A DNA stretch of 64,000 nucleotides from Patescibacteria group bacterium (lineage in GTDB: Bacteria; Patescibacteriota; Minisyncoccia; Phycocordibacterales; Phycocordibacteraceae), in the NCBI GenBank assembly GCA_004322365.1, contig SCTS01000003.1, positions 2,709 through 66,708 on the forward strand, given 5' to 3'. How positions within the stretch are numbered: position 1 is the stretch's first letter; every line of letters starts with the position of its first letter. The position numbers and the translations under genes were made by a program. Below are positions 52,001 through 61,448 of this stretch, piece by piece. The notes under the pieces are model-generated. The model saw only the letters and a list, made by a program, of their open reading frames with translations. It did not search any database and was not told the origin of the DNA.

Positions 52001-52166
52001 AGGCACCACGAAGTGTTGTTTGAATAATGGCAATAGGAATTGTTACCTCTGGGGCATTTTCTTTTGGTATTGCTAAAACGGCTACGAACCCTGCCACCAC
52101 AAGCCCGATTATTACTAGGATAGTGAACTGCCTGCGTTCAATGAAAAAGTTCCAAAATTTATGCAT
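49062..52166 (-). CDS. RND-family efflux transporter permease (AcrB/HAE-like, 12 TM, two large loops)
   Basis: 1034 aa, duplicated 6-TM + loop architecture, conserved RND TM4 region. Confidence 0.85.
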   Translation of the reverse strand: MHKFWNFFIERRQFTILVIIGLVVAGFVAVLAIPKENAPEVTIPIAIIQTTLRGASAADTEKLITKEIEKEVGTVENLHKLTSSSREGVSVVSAEFEASANIDKSIQDVKDAVDRAKPKLPKDADEPVVLRITANDQPIFIVSLSGGLPPTEFTRLAKDVQDELEQVSGVSRVEISGTREREANIIVRKEALQSYGLSLTDVVSALSASNSSLPVGTITVDAIEYSVAFKGDLNDPEELAQTSIGNLNGNPIYLRDVADIVNGLEKAKSVSRVSTKGDPAEPAITLSVYKKAGGNIFKTASAAKEKLNSLSGTMLLGITTDISIDLGEEVQKSLSELTKVGLETIALVMICLVLTIGWRESLVAGLSIPLSFVIAFIGLNASGNTINFVSLFALILAIGILVDSGIVVTEAIHTRYQKFGDPIRAAKEAIREYARPLTAGTMTTVVMFAPLFFISGIVGQYIQSIPFTIITILIASIFVALGLVPLIAINLTKRSTGKLQFIQEEWNNKAQVWYRSFLTGVLKNRKFQNRFMLGLGLALVVAILLPVSGIVKVLFFPSEDADYVYLEVEAKQGTPLEATDLATRGVEELLYNDSRISSFVTTVGASSGLSQNQSSGAKYANITIKLVPKEDRKQTSTQITEELRKKVSVFHEFSVNAFEPAGGPPSGAPVLITFSGDNLDDLERSVATGEKMMRSIKGTAEVATSIKDDGTQFALTIDRAKASQVGLSPLQVASILRTAVSGVVATTIKNDTEDIDVLVSTNLNPAWQEPGDTTKADINTLLNLSVKTPRGTVLLGSILSPSIEKSNAVIRRQDQKNIATVSAYTEGGATAVEVSTAFKKAIEKETLPTGVVMKIGGETEDVNKSFSEMGIAFLAGLVLMLAVLVLEFNSFRYSFYLLMLVILSLIGVLGGLALTGQPLSFSSLLGVIALAGVIINHAIILVDSIIIRMKNPEGKTLEEVVVDGSASRLRPIVLTTITTVIGMIPLAGASALWGPLAFAIMFGLSFAMILTLVLTPILVYRNPGKQFWNPSSST

Positions 52167-52196
52167 ACGAGTTAGCTAATGGCTATAGCCTAAAAC

Positions 52197-53798
52197 CTAT
52201 TGGCTAATAATTACTTCTTCACCATCCTTAAGGCCTCGAGCATCTTTAACTATTCTCATGTCGGAAGTTATTCCTGAAGTTACCGCAATTCTAGAACCTG
52301 CAAGCGTTCCAACAATCACAGGGTGGGGAACAAGGATTCCATTTTCAGTAACGGTGAAAACAATTGTTCCCTCAGGGGTAATTTTGAGTGCAGATAAAGG
52401 TAGGGTGAGAGGAGTGTCCTTTACTGATGTTTTGGTTGTTCGCGCAATGGATACAGATGCACTTGATCCAGAAACTAGAGAAGTATTTTGAGGAATAGAG
52501 ATGCGAACTTCAGCTTTTTTTGTTACAGGGTCAAGTGCGTTTGCAAGTCTGACAACTTTACCTGTGACTGATTTTCCAACCACTACAGTTGCCCCAACGG
52601 AAATGTCAGCAATGTCACGCTCTGAAACGAACACAACAACCTCAAGACCTCGTGCATTCGTTATATATACAACAGGCACTGACGCGTTCACGAAAGACCC
52701 CACCTCAAGGTCAAGACGGTTAATAGTGCCTCCAATTGGTGCGCGGATGATAGTTTTTTCTAGATTAGCTTTTGCTGCTTGAAGATTAGCTTCTGCTCCG
52801 CGTACATCCGAATTTTGTAATGCACCTCCAGAAAGATTTTCTGTTGACACTTGTACTGCGGAAGTCTTCGCCTTCAAATTCTCAATTGCACTATTCACTG
52901 CAGAGGCAGAACCGTTTACGTTTGAAAGTGCTAGTGATACATCAGCACGATATCCTGCAATTGCAGCATCAGTAACGGAGCCAGACGCGATTGCCTTATT
53001 GAGAGCTGAAACCGTTGCAGAGAGAAGATCGCGAACCTTATTGATGTCACCCCGGAGAGCTTCAAGCTCAGCAAGGGCGCTTGTGGCGTCAGTTGGAGTC
53101 TCTGCTCTTTCTTCTCGGATTAAAACAGTTTGTATTGCAAGGCGCTTACTTTCTACATTCAGAACAGCCTGAGAATTTGAAGTCGATACTATAAATTTAG
53201 GCTGTGAGCCGTTTGGATTAGAAAATACCCCATCTAATTTTTTACTCACTGCATCGTCAAGCGTCGCGTAGGTGCTAGCAATTGTATTTTTTGCGGAGTT
53301 AATACTTGCAGTGAGACTGTCTTCAGCACTGCCAAGTCCGATACCGCTTACGGCGACACCTGTCTTTGCTTTATCAAGTGCTGCTTCTGCTTGTGCTACT
53401 CCTGCGCGTTGTGAATCGTTCTTCAGGTCTGCAATGACTGTGCCAGCCCCAACAGTGTCACCGAGTGATCGGTACACATGTGCGACCGTACCAGATGCAT
53501 CAGGAGCTACATTGGCTTCGCTGACGGAGCGAACTTCACCAATTAAGGAGATGGGTTCTGGAGCAGAAAGGTCGTTTGCCGAGAGTAGGGTCACTTGCCG
53601 TCTCCCGTCTGTAGCCCCCTCAGGCTTTGCTTTGAAAAAATAAGACATACCTACACTTCCGGCAATGAGAGCAACAATAATGCCAAGAGAAATGAGTTTA
53701 TGTGCTTTTGCTACGATAAAAAACTCTTGTGAAGCTTTCCAAATAAATATCAATCCTCCTCGAAGAAAGGTGAGTGCGCGTATAAGGTGTTCGTTCAT
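52197..53798 (-). CDS. efflux periplasmic adaptor / HlyD-family membrane fusion protein (long, 533 aa)
   Basis: N-terminal TM anchor, long coiled-coil (Ala/Ser-rich), C-terminal beta-barrel motifs; directly upstream of RND gene. Confidence 0.7.
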   Translation of the reverse strand: MNEHLIRALTFLRGGLIFIWKASQEFFIVAKAHKLISLGIIVALIAGSVGMSYFFKAKPEGATDGRRQVTLLSANDLSAPEPISLIGEVRSVSEANVAPDASGTVAHVYRSLGDTVGAGTVIADLKNDSQRAGVAQAEAALDKAKTGVAVSGIGLGSAEDSLTASINSAKNTIASTYATLDDAVSKKLDGVFSNPNGSQPKFIVSTSNSQAVLNVESKRLAIQTVLIREERAETPTDATSALAELEALRGDINKVRDLLSATVSALNKAIASGSVTDAAIAGYRADVSLALSNVNGSASAVNSAIENLKAKTSAVQVSTENLSGGALQNSDVRGAEANLQAAKANLEKTIIRAPIGGTINRLDLEVGSFVNASVPVVYITNARGLEVVVFVSERDIADISVGATVVVGKSVTGKVVRLANALDPVTKKAEVRISIPQNTSLVSGSSASVSIARTTKTSVKDTPLTLPLSALKITPEGTIVFTVTENGILVPHPVIVGTLAGSRIAVTSGITSDMRIVKDARGLKDGEEVIISQ

Positions 53799-53801
53799 AT
53801 A

Positions 53802-54131
53802 TTACGATCGTTCAGTTTTTTTAAGTACTGAGCGAATATTTTTTAAATTGCCCGCTAAATGCGCTGCGAATTTTTCAACATTTGCGAGTTTAGTAAATGC
53901 AATCATATCGCACCCCATGCCAAAAACGAGTAATTTCTCACCATCTTTGAGGTTCATTGCTTTCCGTGCTTCCGCAGGAATTACAACCTGTCCTTTGGCG
54001 CCCACTGTGGTGGTGCCATAAAACTCTTTTTGGGTAGTGTGTGGTTTTATCATAAGTATTTCGAATCCTATCATGAGTATCCCAATGCATACAAGTATGA
54101 AATGTAAGAATATCAGCAGGCTCGTCCACAT
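53802..54131 (-). CDS. SpoVT/AbrB (MazE-like) domain protein with N-terminal hydrophobic segment; candidate regulator of the efflux operon
   Basis: TTVGAKGQVVIPAEARKAMNLKDGEKLLVF swapped-hairpin AbrB motif; start trimmed to internal ATG (54131) because the upstream ORF extension overlaps the convergent gene at 54165. Confidence 0.5.
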   Translation of the reverse strand: MWTSLLIFLHFILVCIGILMIGFEILMIKPHTTQKEFYGTTTVGAKGQVVIPAEARKAMNLKDGEKLLVFGMGCDMIAFTKLANVEKFAAHLAGNLKNIRSVLKKTERS

Positions 54132-54164
54132 GCCTCTTGAGATAAAAAACAAAGGAAAGATTGT

Positions 54165-54773
54165 ATGTCTGCTAGAATAGGCGACATGACTTCGAGTAAG
54201 AAGAAAATATTTATTCTCATGGGAAATCCTGACAGCGATTCTCGTACAGGACACCTTGCTGATGCGTATGAACTCGGCGCTCTTGAAGCAGGACATGAAG
54301 TGAGGCGTCAAAATGTAGGTGAGATGCATTTCGACCCAATACTCCATAAGGGATATAAGGTTATTCAGGAATTAGAGCCTGACTTAAAAGCTTTTCAGGA
54401 AAATGTACGATGGGCAGATCATTTGGTGGTGTTGTATCCAAACTGGTGGTCCACGATGCCCGCCCTCTTGAAGGGACTTATTGACCGGGCGTGGCTTCCG
54501 GGGTTTGCGTTTCGTTTTCATAAAACCGACACATGGTGGGACGGTCTTTTGAAAGGAAGGAGCGCTCGCATAATAATTTTAGCTAACACCAACCCATGGG
54601 CTGCGTGGTTTATGTTTGGTGAATTCACTAACGAACTTGCGCGGGCAACGCTCGCATTTTCAGGTATTCGTCCAATTTCAATCAATGTGTTTACACCCTC
54701 TGAGAAAGTCTCAGAAACCAAATGGAAAAAATGGGTGCAGATGGTGCAAGAAATGGGGAAATTTGCCCGTTAA
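54165..54773 (+). CDS. flavodoxin-like fold NAD(P)H-dependent oxidoreductase (Flavodoxin_2/MdaB/KefF-like)
   Basis: FILMGNPDSDSRTG N-terminal FMN-binding loop, WWSTMPALLKGLIDR. Confidence 0.7.
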   Translation: MSARIGDMTSSKKKIFILMGNPDSDSRTGHLADAYELGALEAGHEVRRQNVGEMHFDPILHKGYKVIQELEPDLKAFQENVRWADHLVVLYPNWWSTMPALLKGLIDRAWLPGFAFRFHKTDTWWDGLLKGRSARIIILANTNPWAAWFMFGEFTNELARATLAFSGIRPISINVFTPSEKVSETKWKKWVQMVQEMGKFAR

Positions 54774-54793
54774 TTTTTCAATGTTGCATTTTT

Positions 54794-54839
54794 ATCTGTA
54801 TAGGATAATCTAACGACCGTTAGGTTATCCTATACAGAT
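54794..54839. repeat. palindromic element copy B (atctgtataggataatctaacga-ccgttaggttatcctatacagat)
   Basis: 46-bp near-perfect palindrome with one mismatch. Confidence 0.75.
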
Positions 54840-54872
54840 GTTTTAAACTTAAGGAACAAAACTAAAGTATTT

Positions 54873-55154
54873 TTGTTACCTTGGCTGTATTCAAAAAGTA
54901 CTACATGTGCACCCTTTATTAACTCAGTGTATAACTTTTTATATATGCCTTTTGGAAGAATACTTGAAGGAAAAATAAACCGTCGAGCTAAGGCTGATCG
55001 AACTTTGGTTGGTGAACGCGAAGTTAAACTCGATTCTTTTGGACGTCAATTGAAAAAAAGAAATGAGGGGGTTTATGATGTGTGGGGCATCTTAAAAATT
55101 TTTGAAAGCGGTAGAACGGAAAAGGTGATTCGAATAGGATCTTTCGAAGGATAG
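54873..55154 (+). CDS. hypothetical small protein
   Basis: ORF track 93 aa; bounded by palindromic elements B and C; no motif recognised. Confidence 0.3.
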   Translation: MLPWLYSKSTTCAPFINSVYNFLYMPFGRILEGKINRRAKADRTLVGEREVKLDSFGRQLKKRNEGVYDVWGILKIFESGRTEKVIRIGSFEG

Positions 55155-55203
55155 GGTTAATTAATACATTGCGCAGCTAAAGCGTAATAATCCTGATTCC
55201 TGT

Positions 55204-55256
55204 CTGTATAGTATAATTTAACGATCGTTAAATTATACTATACAGGTCTTTTTTTA
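55204..55256. terminator. palindromic element copy C (42-bp perfect palindrome) followed by T9 run
   Basis: ctgtatagtataatttaacga|tcgttaaattatactatacag then gtcttttttt. Confidence 0.75.
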
Positions 55257-55383
55257 AATCTTTCTTGATTGTGATTGCGCAGGTTTGATTAAAATATTAT
55301 TTTCTTGAAAGTCGAATAATCTTTTCAGGCATTGCGATGTATCGACTAGCCACTAAGCCCTAAACCCTATACACTAGGCACCT

Positions 55384-56481
55384 ATGGGTTTATCTATCGG
55401 TATTGTTGGTCTTCCAAATGTGGGCAAATCCACACTTTTTAACGCACTCACCGCAAAAGGTGTCCCTGCGGAGAATTATCCGTTTTGTACTATCGATCCA
55501 TCGGTCGGCATTGTGCCAGTGCCTGACCCTCGCCTTCAAAAACTTGCCACGCTTTCAAATTGCTCAAAGATCATTCCTGCGGTTATTGAGTTTGTTGATA
55601 TTGCTGGCTTGGTAAAGGGTGCGTCTGAAGGTGCCGGACTAGGAAATCAGTTTCTTCAGCACATTCGCGAAACAGATGCGATTTTGGAAGTGGTGCGTAT
55701 CTTTGATGACGCCGACATTACACACGTTGAAGGTGAGGTTGATCCTGTTCATGATATTGAAGTCATCAATCTAGAACTTGTTCTTACTGATCTTTCTGCA
55801 GTATTAAAGCGACTTCAAAGTGTTGAGCGCGATAGCAAGCGGGGAGTTAAAGAAGCAATTTTAGAACAAGCAACACTACAGAAAGTTGAACAAACTCTTT
55901 CAGCGGGAAAGCTCGCCTCAACCACAGTACTGTCAGATGAAGAACGCTTTGCAATACGCGGATTGCAACTTTTGACCATGAAGCCAATTATGTACGCCCT
56001 CAATAAAAAAGCCGGGGGGCACAATCTTGATGAGATGAATGATGGTCGCTATCAAAAACTCGTTGAGTTTTTAGACGGTATGGGTGCTGAATACGCCACT
56101 GTGGATGCAGGAATTGAAGGAGAACTTCGTGATGTTGCAGGTGAAGATAAAGAAACATTGAGACGAGAGTTTGGGGTTTTAGACGACGGGCTAGACGGGC
56201 TTATTCGTGCAGGATATCGGTTGCTTGGATTAATGACATTCCTTACTACGGGAGAGGTTGAAACGAGAGCGTGGACAGTGAAGATTGGCTCCACCGCACC
56301 TGAAGCTGGGGCAGCTATTCATACTGACTTTAGGGATACCTTTATTAAGGCAGAAGTGGTTCCCTATGAAAAACTCGTTGAGGCTGGATCGTATGTTGCA
56401 GCTCGCGAAAAAGGTTGGGTGCGAACAGAAGGCAAGGAATATATAGTGAAAGACGGAGATGTCATTGAATTCAAGGTATGA
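55384..56481 (+). CDS. ychF: ribosome-binding ATPase YchF (Obg-family GTPase)
   Basis: GIVGLPNVGKSTLFNALT G1 motif, C-terminal TGS domain. Confidence 0.9.
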   Translation: MGLSIGIVGLPNVGKSTLFNALTAKGVPAENYPFCTIDPSVGIVPVPDPRLQKLATLSNCSKIIPAVIEFVDIAGLVKGASEGAGLGNQFLQHIRETDAILEVVRIFDDADITHVEGEVDPVHDIEVINLELVLTDLSAVLKRLQSVERDSKRGVKEAILEQATLQKVEQTLSAGKLASTTVLSDEERFAIRGLQLLTMKPIMYALNKKAGGHNLDEMNDGRYQKLVEFLDGMGAEYATVDAGIEGELRDVAGEDKETLRREFGVLDDGLDGLIRAGYRLLGLMTFLTTGEVETRAWTVKIGSTAPEAGAAIHTDFRDTFIKAEVVPYEKLVEAGSYVAAREKGWVRTEGKEYIVKDGDVIEFKV

Positions 56482-56677
56482 TGAAGATGTTAGTAATGTA
56501 GTTTTTATGGATGACCTTTTTCATTTAGAGAGCTTAGGTGGAGGTCAAGAGCAGAAAAGAGATAAAGAGATTTTGGCTGCGCAAGAACGCATACAAAAGC
56601 TCAATGAGGCAATTGCCGAGGCTCCAGATAAAATTATTAAATTATTCACTCGTAAAAAAAGAAAGTAATAAATTTTT

Positions 56678-57628
56678 ATGGATACAGCAATAAGAGCAAA
56701 GGTTACCGCGAAAGATTTCTTCTTATGGCTTGGTGCAATGGTTGCACTCTATGTGTCAGCAACCTCACTCATTCTACTGGTTCACCAGTATATAAATGTA
56801 TTTTTTCCTAACGCTCTAGACTACGCACCTTCGTATTCTAGTTCGATGCGGTTTGCTATAGCATCTCTGGTTGTATTTTTCCCGCTCTACATATGGCTCA
56901 CACGAATGCTCCATCAAGATATTCGACAGACACCTTTGAAGCAAGAGCTCTGGGTTCGTAAATGGCTTATCTTCCTTACACTTTTTGTTGCCGGTATTAC
57001 TATGGCAATCGATTTGGTGATGCTGGTTAACACGTTCTTAAATGGTGACATAACAACCCGCTTCATCCTCAAGGCACTCACAATTCTCATCGTTATTGGT
57101 GGAGGTTTTTGGTACTACCTTAATGAATTGAAAGGAAAGTGGGAAGAAAAGAAAAAAGAATCCACCATTGTTGCAGGTATTGTGTCTGTCATTGTTCTGG
57201 CTACTGTAGCGAGCTCTTTCTTCATTATCGGTTCTCCTCAAACGGAGCGTTTGGCACGGTTTGACGAGCAAAAAACAGCTGACTTACAAAATATTCAGTG
57301 GCAAATAATTAGTTATTGGCAACAAAAAGAAAAATTGCCAGTGAGTCTTGCAGATCTTGAAGATCCACTTGCTGGTTTTGTGGCCCCAAAAGACTCTCAA
57401 ACCGGTGCTTCATATACGTATGAATCAACTGGTGCAATGTCGTTTAAACTTTGTGCTGACTTTAACGCTCCAAGTCGTGACATGATCACTGGTGCGGACA
57501 CCAAGGCAATGAGAGTCCCTGCACCAATAGGGGGCGACCTCGCTAATGAAAATTGGAAACACAACAGTGGCACAGTTTGTTTCGACCGAACCATTGACCC
57601 TGATCGTTTTCCTGTCTTCAAAAAATAG
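56678..57628 (+). CDS. hypothetical membrane protein (4-5 TM N-terminal half, soluble C-terminal domain)
   Basis: ORF track 316 aa. Confidence 0.5.
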   Translation: MDTAIRAKVTAKDFFLWLGAMVALYVSATSLILLVHQYINVFFPNALDYAPSYSSSMRFAIASLVVFFPLYIWLTRMLHQDIRQTPLKQELWVRKWLIFLTLFVAGITMAIDLVMLVNTFLNGDITTRFILKALTILIVIGGGFWYYLNELKGKWEEKKKESTIVAGIVSVIVLATVASSFFIIGSPQTERLARFDEQKTADLQNIQWQIISYWQQKEKLPVSLADLEDPLAGFVAPKDSQTGASYTYESTGAMSFKLCADFNAPSRDMITGADTKAMRVPAPIGGDLANENWKHNSGTVCFDRTIDPDRFPVFKK

Positions 57629-57664
57629 CTTTCAGCTTGGAGTTTTCAGTCGTATAATCCCTAC

Positions 57665-60076
57665 ATGGGTAGCTATGACCACAAAAAGATAGAGAAGAAG
57701 TGGCGCAAACACTGGGAAGAAACGAATGCGTATGTAACTACTCCATCGTCGTCAAAGCCAAAACACTATGCTTTGGACATGTTTCCGTACCCATCGGCGT
57801 TAGGTCTCCACACTGGTCACGTAGAAGGGTATGCAGCGACCGATATTTATAGTCGTTTTAAACGAATGAAAGGGTTTAATGTGCTCCACCCTATGGGATG
57901 GGATGCGTTTGGTCTCCCTGCAGAAAACTATGCAATAAAAACAAATACGCCACCTCGGGAAACTACAAACAAGGCAATTGATAACTTTCGCAATCAAATC
58001 CAACGCTTAGGTCTTTCGTATGACTGGTCACGAGAAATAGGCACTCACAATCCTGATTATTATAAGTGGACACAGTGGTTATTTTTGTTTTTGTTTGAAA
58101 ATGGCCTTGCAGAAAAACGCATGGGTAAGGTGAATTGGTGTCCCACCGACCAAACAGTACTCGCTAATGAACAAACGGTAAGCGAGAGCGGAGAAAAGGG
58201 TGTGTGTGTTCGTTGCGGTACAAAAATAATTCAACGCGAGCTTTCGCAGTGGTTTTTCAAAATTACTGATTTTGCTGATGCATTAATTGATGATTTGAAC
58301 GACGTTGATTGGCCTGAATCTACAAAAATTAATCAACGCAATTGGATTGGTAAAAAAGAAGGGGTCATTGTTACTCATAAGGTTAAAGGAATGGATTTGT
58401 CGCTCGACACTTTCAGTGCATATCCGGCATGGCTCTTTGCGGATACCTATATAGTGCTTGCTCCTGAACACCCAGCAGTCAAAAATCTCGTAGAGGGCAC
58501 TGAAGCCGAGATAGATGTAGAGGCTTTTGTTAAGCGCATGCAAGAAGTCACAACGATTGATCGGACAAACGCCACAATGGAGAAAGAGGGTATTTTTACA
58601 GGCCGCGTTGCCGTTGACTCTCTCACCGGTAAAGAATTTCCTATTTGGATTGCTAATTTTGCTTTAATGGATTTTGGAACAGGAATTATTCGCTGTTCTT
58701 CACATGATATTCGCGACCTTACATTTGCTAAAAAATATGGAATTCCTTTGAGTGAGGTAGTAGAGAGAGAAAGTCCCGATATGCCAGTTGATGCTCATGC
58801 TAATAAAGGTGTTTTAAAAGACTCGGGTCCGTTCACTGGTCGCACTATTAATAATGAATTAATTCAAGAAATAATTGCGTGGATAGAAAGTAATGGATAT
58901 GGGCATACTCAGACTACATACCGTCTTCGTGATTGGCTTATTTCTCGCCAACGATACTGGGGTGCACCTATTCCGGTAGTCTATGATCCAGAAGGGAAAG
59001 CGCATGGAATTCCAAAAGAACACTTGCCGTGGTTGCTACCTGAGGATGTTGAGTATTTACCAAAAGGTACTTCTCCTCTAGGGACTTCCAAGGAGCTTTT
59101 GGAACGTACAGAAAAAATATTTGGAAAAGGATGGAAGCCCGAGATTGACACTATGGACACTTTCGTGTGTTCTTCGTGGTATTTTCTTCGATTTGCCGAT
59201 CCACATAATGAGATTGAGTTTGCGTCGAAAGAAGCACTAAAAACATGGCTTCCCGTCGACCTCTACATGGGAGGTGCTGAACACACAGTTTTGCATCTTA
59301 TGTATGCTCGTTTCATCACCAAGGCATTACAGAAGTTTGGATACATAGAGTTTGGTGAGCCGTTCTCCAAACTCCGTCACCAAGGGATGATTCTTGCTGA
59401 AGATGGAACCAAGATGTCTAAGTCGAAAGGTAATGTCATAAATCCTGACGAAATTAGTGAGCTCTATGGCGCGGACACGCTACGAATTTATGAAATGTTC
59501 ATGGGTCCTCTTGAAGCTATGAAACCATGGAGCACAAAAAATATTATTGGCTCACGGAGATTTTTGGAGCGTGTCTGGAGGGTACAGGAAAAGGTGAGTC
59601 AAGGTGCAACTTTGAGTGCAAGCGCTGATGCCACCTTACAGCAAACAATTAAAAAAGTAGCTGAAGATATTGAGCTCCTTAGTTTAAATACTGCTGTGAG
59701 CCAGATGATGATTTGTGTTAATGCTTTTGAAAAAGAAGAAAAAATACCTACCGAAAGCTATGAGAGCATGCTCTTGGTACTTGCCCCGTTTGCACCTCAT
59801 ATGACAGAAGAATTGTGGGGAGCTTTGGGTCACACTTCTTCAATTCATCAAGAAAATTGGCCAGTGTTTGATGAAAGTAAGCTCGAAAAAAATGAAGTAG
59901 TAATGGCTGTTCAGGTTGGTGGAAAAGTAAAGGGCACTATTGTTATTCCTCGCGGAGCTACAGAAGAGGAGGTAGTTGGATTAGTACGAAAAGACATCAA
60001 GCTTGGCGAGGTAGTCCCTCAAAACCCATCCCGCACGATATTCGTCCCCAATAGGGTTCTTAACTTCATCCCGTAA
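57665..60076 (+). CDS. leuS: leucine--tRNA ligase
   Basis: HTGHVEGYAATD (HIGH-class), KMSKSKGN, editing domain. Confidence 0.9.
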   Translation: MGSYDHKKIEKKWRKHWEETNAYVTTPSSSKPKHYALDMFPYPSALGLHTGHVEGYAATDIYSRFKRMKGFNVLHPMGWDAFGLPAENYAIKTNTPPRETTNKAIDNFRNQIQRLGLSYDWSREIGTHNPDYYKWTQWLFLFLFENGLAEKRMGKVNWCPTDQTVLANEQTVSESGEKGVCVRCGTKIIQRELSQWFFKITDFADALIDDLNDVDWPESTKINQRNWIGKKEGVIVTHKVKGMDLSLDTFSAYPAWLFADTYIVLAPEHPAVKNLVEGTEAEIDVEAFVKRMQEVTTIDRTNATMEKEGIFTGRVAVDSLTGKEFPIWIANFALMDFGTGIIRCSSHDIRDLTFAKKYGIPLSEVVERESPDMPVDAHANKGVLKDSGPFTGRTINNELIQEIIAWIESNGYGHTQTTYRLRDWLISRQRYWGAPIPVVYDPEGKAHGIPKEHLPWLLPEDVEYLPKGTSPLGTSKELLERTEKIFGKGWKPEIDTMDTFVCSSWYFLRFADPHNEIEFASKEALKTWLPVDLYMGGAEHTVLHLMYARFITKALQKFGYIEFGEPFSKLRHQGMILAEDGTKMSKSKGNVINPDEISELYGADTLRIYEMFMGPLEAMKPWSTKNIIGSRRFLERVWRVQEKVSQGATLSASADATLQQTIKKVAEDIELLSLNTAVSQMMICVNAFEKEEKIPTESYESMLLVLAPFAPHMTEELWGALGHTSSIHQENWPVFDESKLEKNEVVMAVQVGGKVKGTIVIPRGATEEEVVGLVRKDIKLGEVVPQNPSRTIFVPNRVLNFIP

Positions 60077-60108
60077 CCCCACGTTGGGTCTTGAGGGTTC
60101 AACGTGGG
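60066..60108 (+). terminator. hairpin after leuS (aaccccacgttg-N14-caacgtggggtt), candidate terminator without T-run
   Basis: 12-bp inverted repeat read from sequence. Confidence 0.4.
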
Positions 60109-60136
60109 GTTGGGGATAAGTATTTGGCGGTTTGAC

Positions 60137-60165
60137 GGGATTTAAAATATGTGCTATAAGAAGTG
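60137..60165 (+). promoter_or_regulatory. sigma70-like promoter TTGACG-N17-TATAAG upstream of 60201 gene
   Basis: Hexamer spacing consistent with consensus. Confidence 0.4.
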
Positions 60166-60200
60166 GACACAGTAATCAATAAAAATTACGGCTCATATTT

Positions 60201-61229
60201 ATGATCAAACTTCCTTTCAAGCCTGTTCAAGTGAGCAAACGACTTGTTGCAGTACTACCTGAACGTTCACGCGATGTTGTGGTGAGCCGTTATGGCTTAG
60301 GTTCAAAAGCTCGCGGAGAAACCCTTGATGCTATTGGAAAGCGATATGGCATTACACGAGAACGCGTTCGCCAAATTGAAAACCACGCAACAAAACTCAT
60401 ACAAGATTCTTCAGCTCTCACAAAAGAAGCCTCTTCTTTTGTGTGGCTCGAGAATGCTATCCGTGAATTAGGTGGCGTACTGTCAGAGAGTATGTTGCTC
60501 GATGAGTTTGCAAAGGATACTGAAACACGAAACCATCTTTATTTCTTACTCGTTGTTGGACAGCCATTCATTTCTGCAAAAGAAACTCCTGACTTTAAAG
60601 CTCGCTGGTCTGTTGATCCAGAGCTTACCAAGGCAGTTGAATCTGCTTTGAAGCAAGTTCACGGAACCGTTAAACACTCTGATGTTTTATCTGAAGACAA
60701 ACTTGTTGAGCATGTTATGAGTTGTCTCACTAAGGTCAACACCAAGTATCGTTCTAAAGATACTGTTCGTAGATGGCTCGAGCTTTCAAACTGTATTATG
60801 CGAAATCCTTTAGGTGAATGGGGACGCGCATCGGCACCAGGAATTAGAGTAAAAAATATTCGCGACCATGCGTATCTTGCCTTAAAGCGTCATGGCTCGC
60901 CGATGCATTTTCGTGAAGTTGCAAAATCAATTGAAAAACTTTTTGGGAAAAAAGCCCATGAAGCAACAACACACAATGAGCTCATCAAAGATGGTCGCTT
61001 TGTTCTTGTTGGTCGAGGTATTTACGCTCTCAAAGAGTGGGGATATCGCATTGGCCCAGTTGTTGAAATCATTAAGCACATTTTAAAGGAATCAGGGCCG
61101 TTAACTCGTGAGGAAATCATGAAGCGTGTTTCGAAAGAGCGTTATGTGAAGCCCAACACCATTATTGTGAACTTGCAGAATTCATCATTCACTAAAAAAG
61201 ACGGTAAATATTCATTGAAGGGCGCCTAA
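60201..61229 (+). CDS. DNA-binding protein with N-terminal sigma-70 region-4-like HTH and C-terminal HARE-HTH (RNA polymerase delta-like) domain
   Basis: VVSRYGLGSKARGETLDAIGKRYGITRERVRQIENHA resembles sigma r4; C-terminal DGRFVLVGRGIYALKEWGY resembles RpoE-delta/HARE-HTH motif DGRF..L..WGL..W. Confidence 0.5.
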   Translation: MIKLPFKPVQVSKRLVAVLPERSRDVVVSRYGLGSKARGETLDAIGKRYGITRERVRQIENHATKLIQDSSALTKEASSFVWLENAIRELGGVLSESMLLDEFAKDTETRNHLYFLLVVGQPFISAKETPDFKARWSVDPELTKAVESALKQVHGTVKHSDVLSEDKLVEHVMSCLTKVNTKYRSKDTVRRWLELSNCIMRNPLGEWGRASAPGIRVKNIRDHAYLALKRHGSPMHFREVAKSIEKLFGKKAHEATTHNELIKDGRFVLVGRGIYALKEWGYRIGPVVEIIKHILKESGPLTREEIMKRVSKERYVKPNTIIVNLQNSSFTKKDGKYSLKGA

Positions 61230-61448
61230 GAAATTGAAATATGAACAAATCAGAAAATCCATACGGATTAATAGACGATCCTTTTGTTCTTTCTACAGAA
61301 ACAATCGAAGCTATGCGAGAACAGTCTAGGCGTGAGGCAGTGAGGCCTCCGTCAGTCGAAGAGCAAGCTGACCTTATACTAGGCTTTCTCTCTCCTAGAA
61401 AATAGTAACTAAGTATAGAAAGCTAAACCAACAAGCCATCAAAATGGC

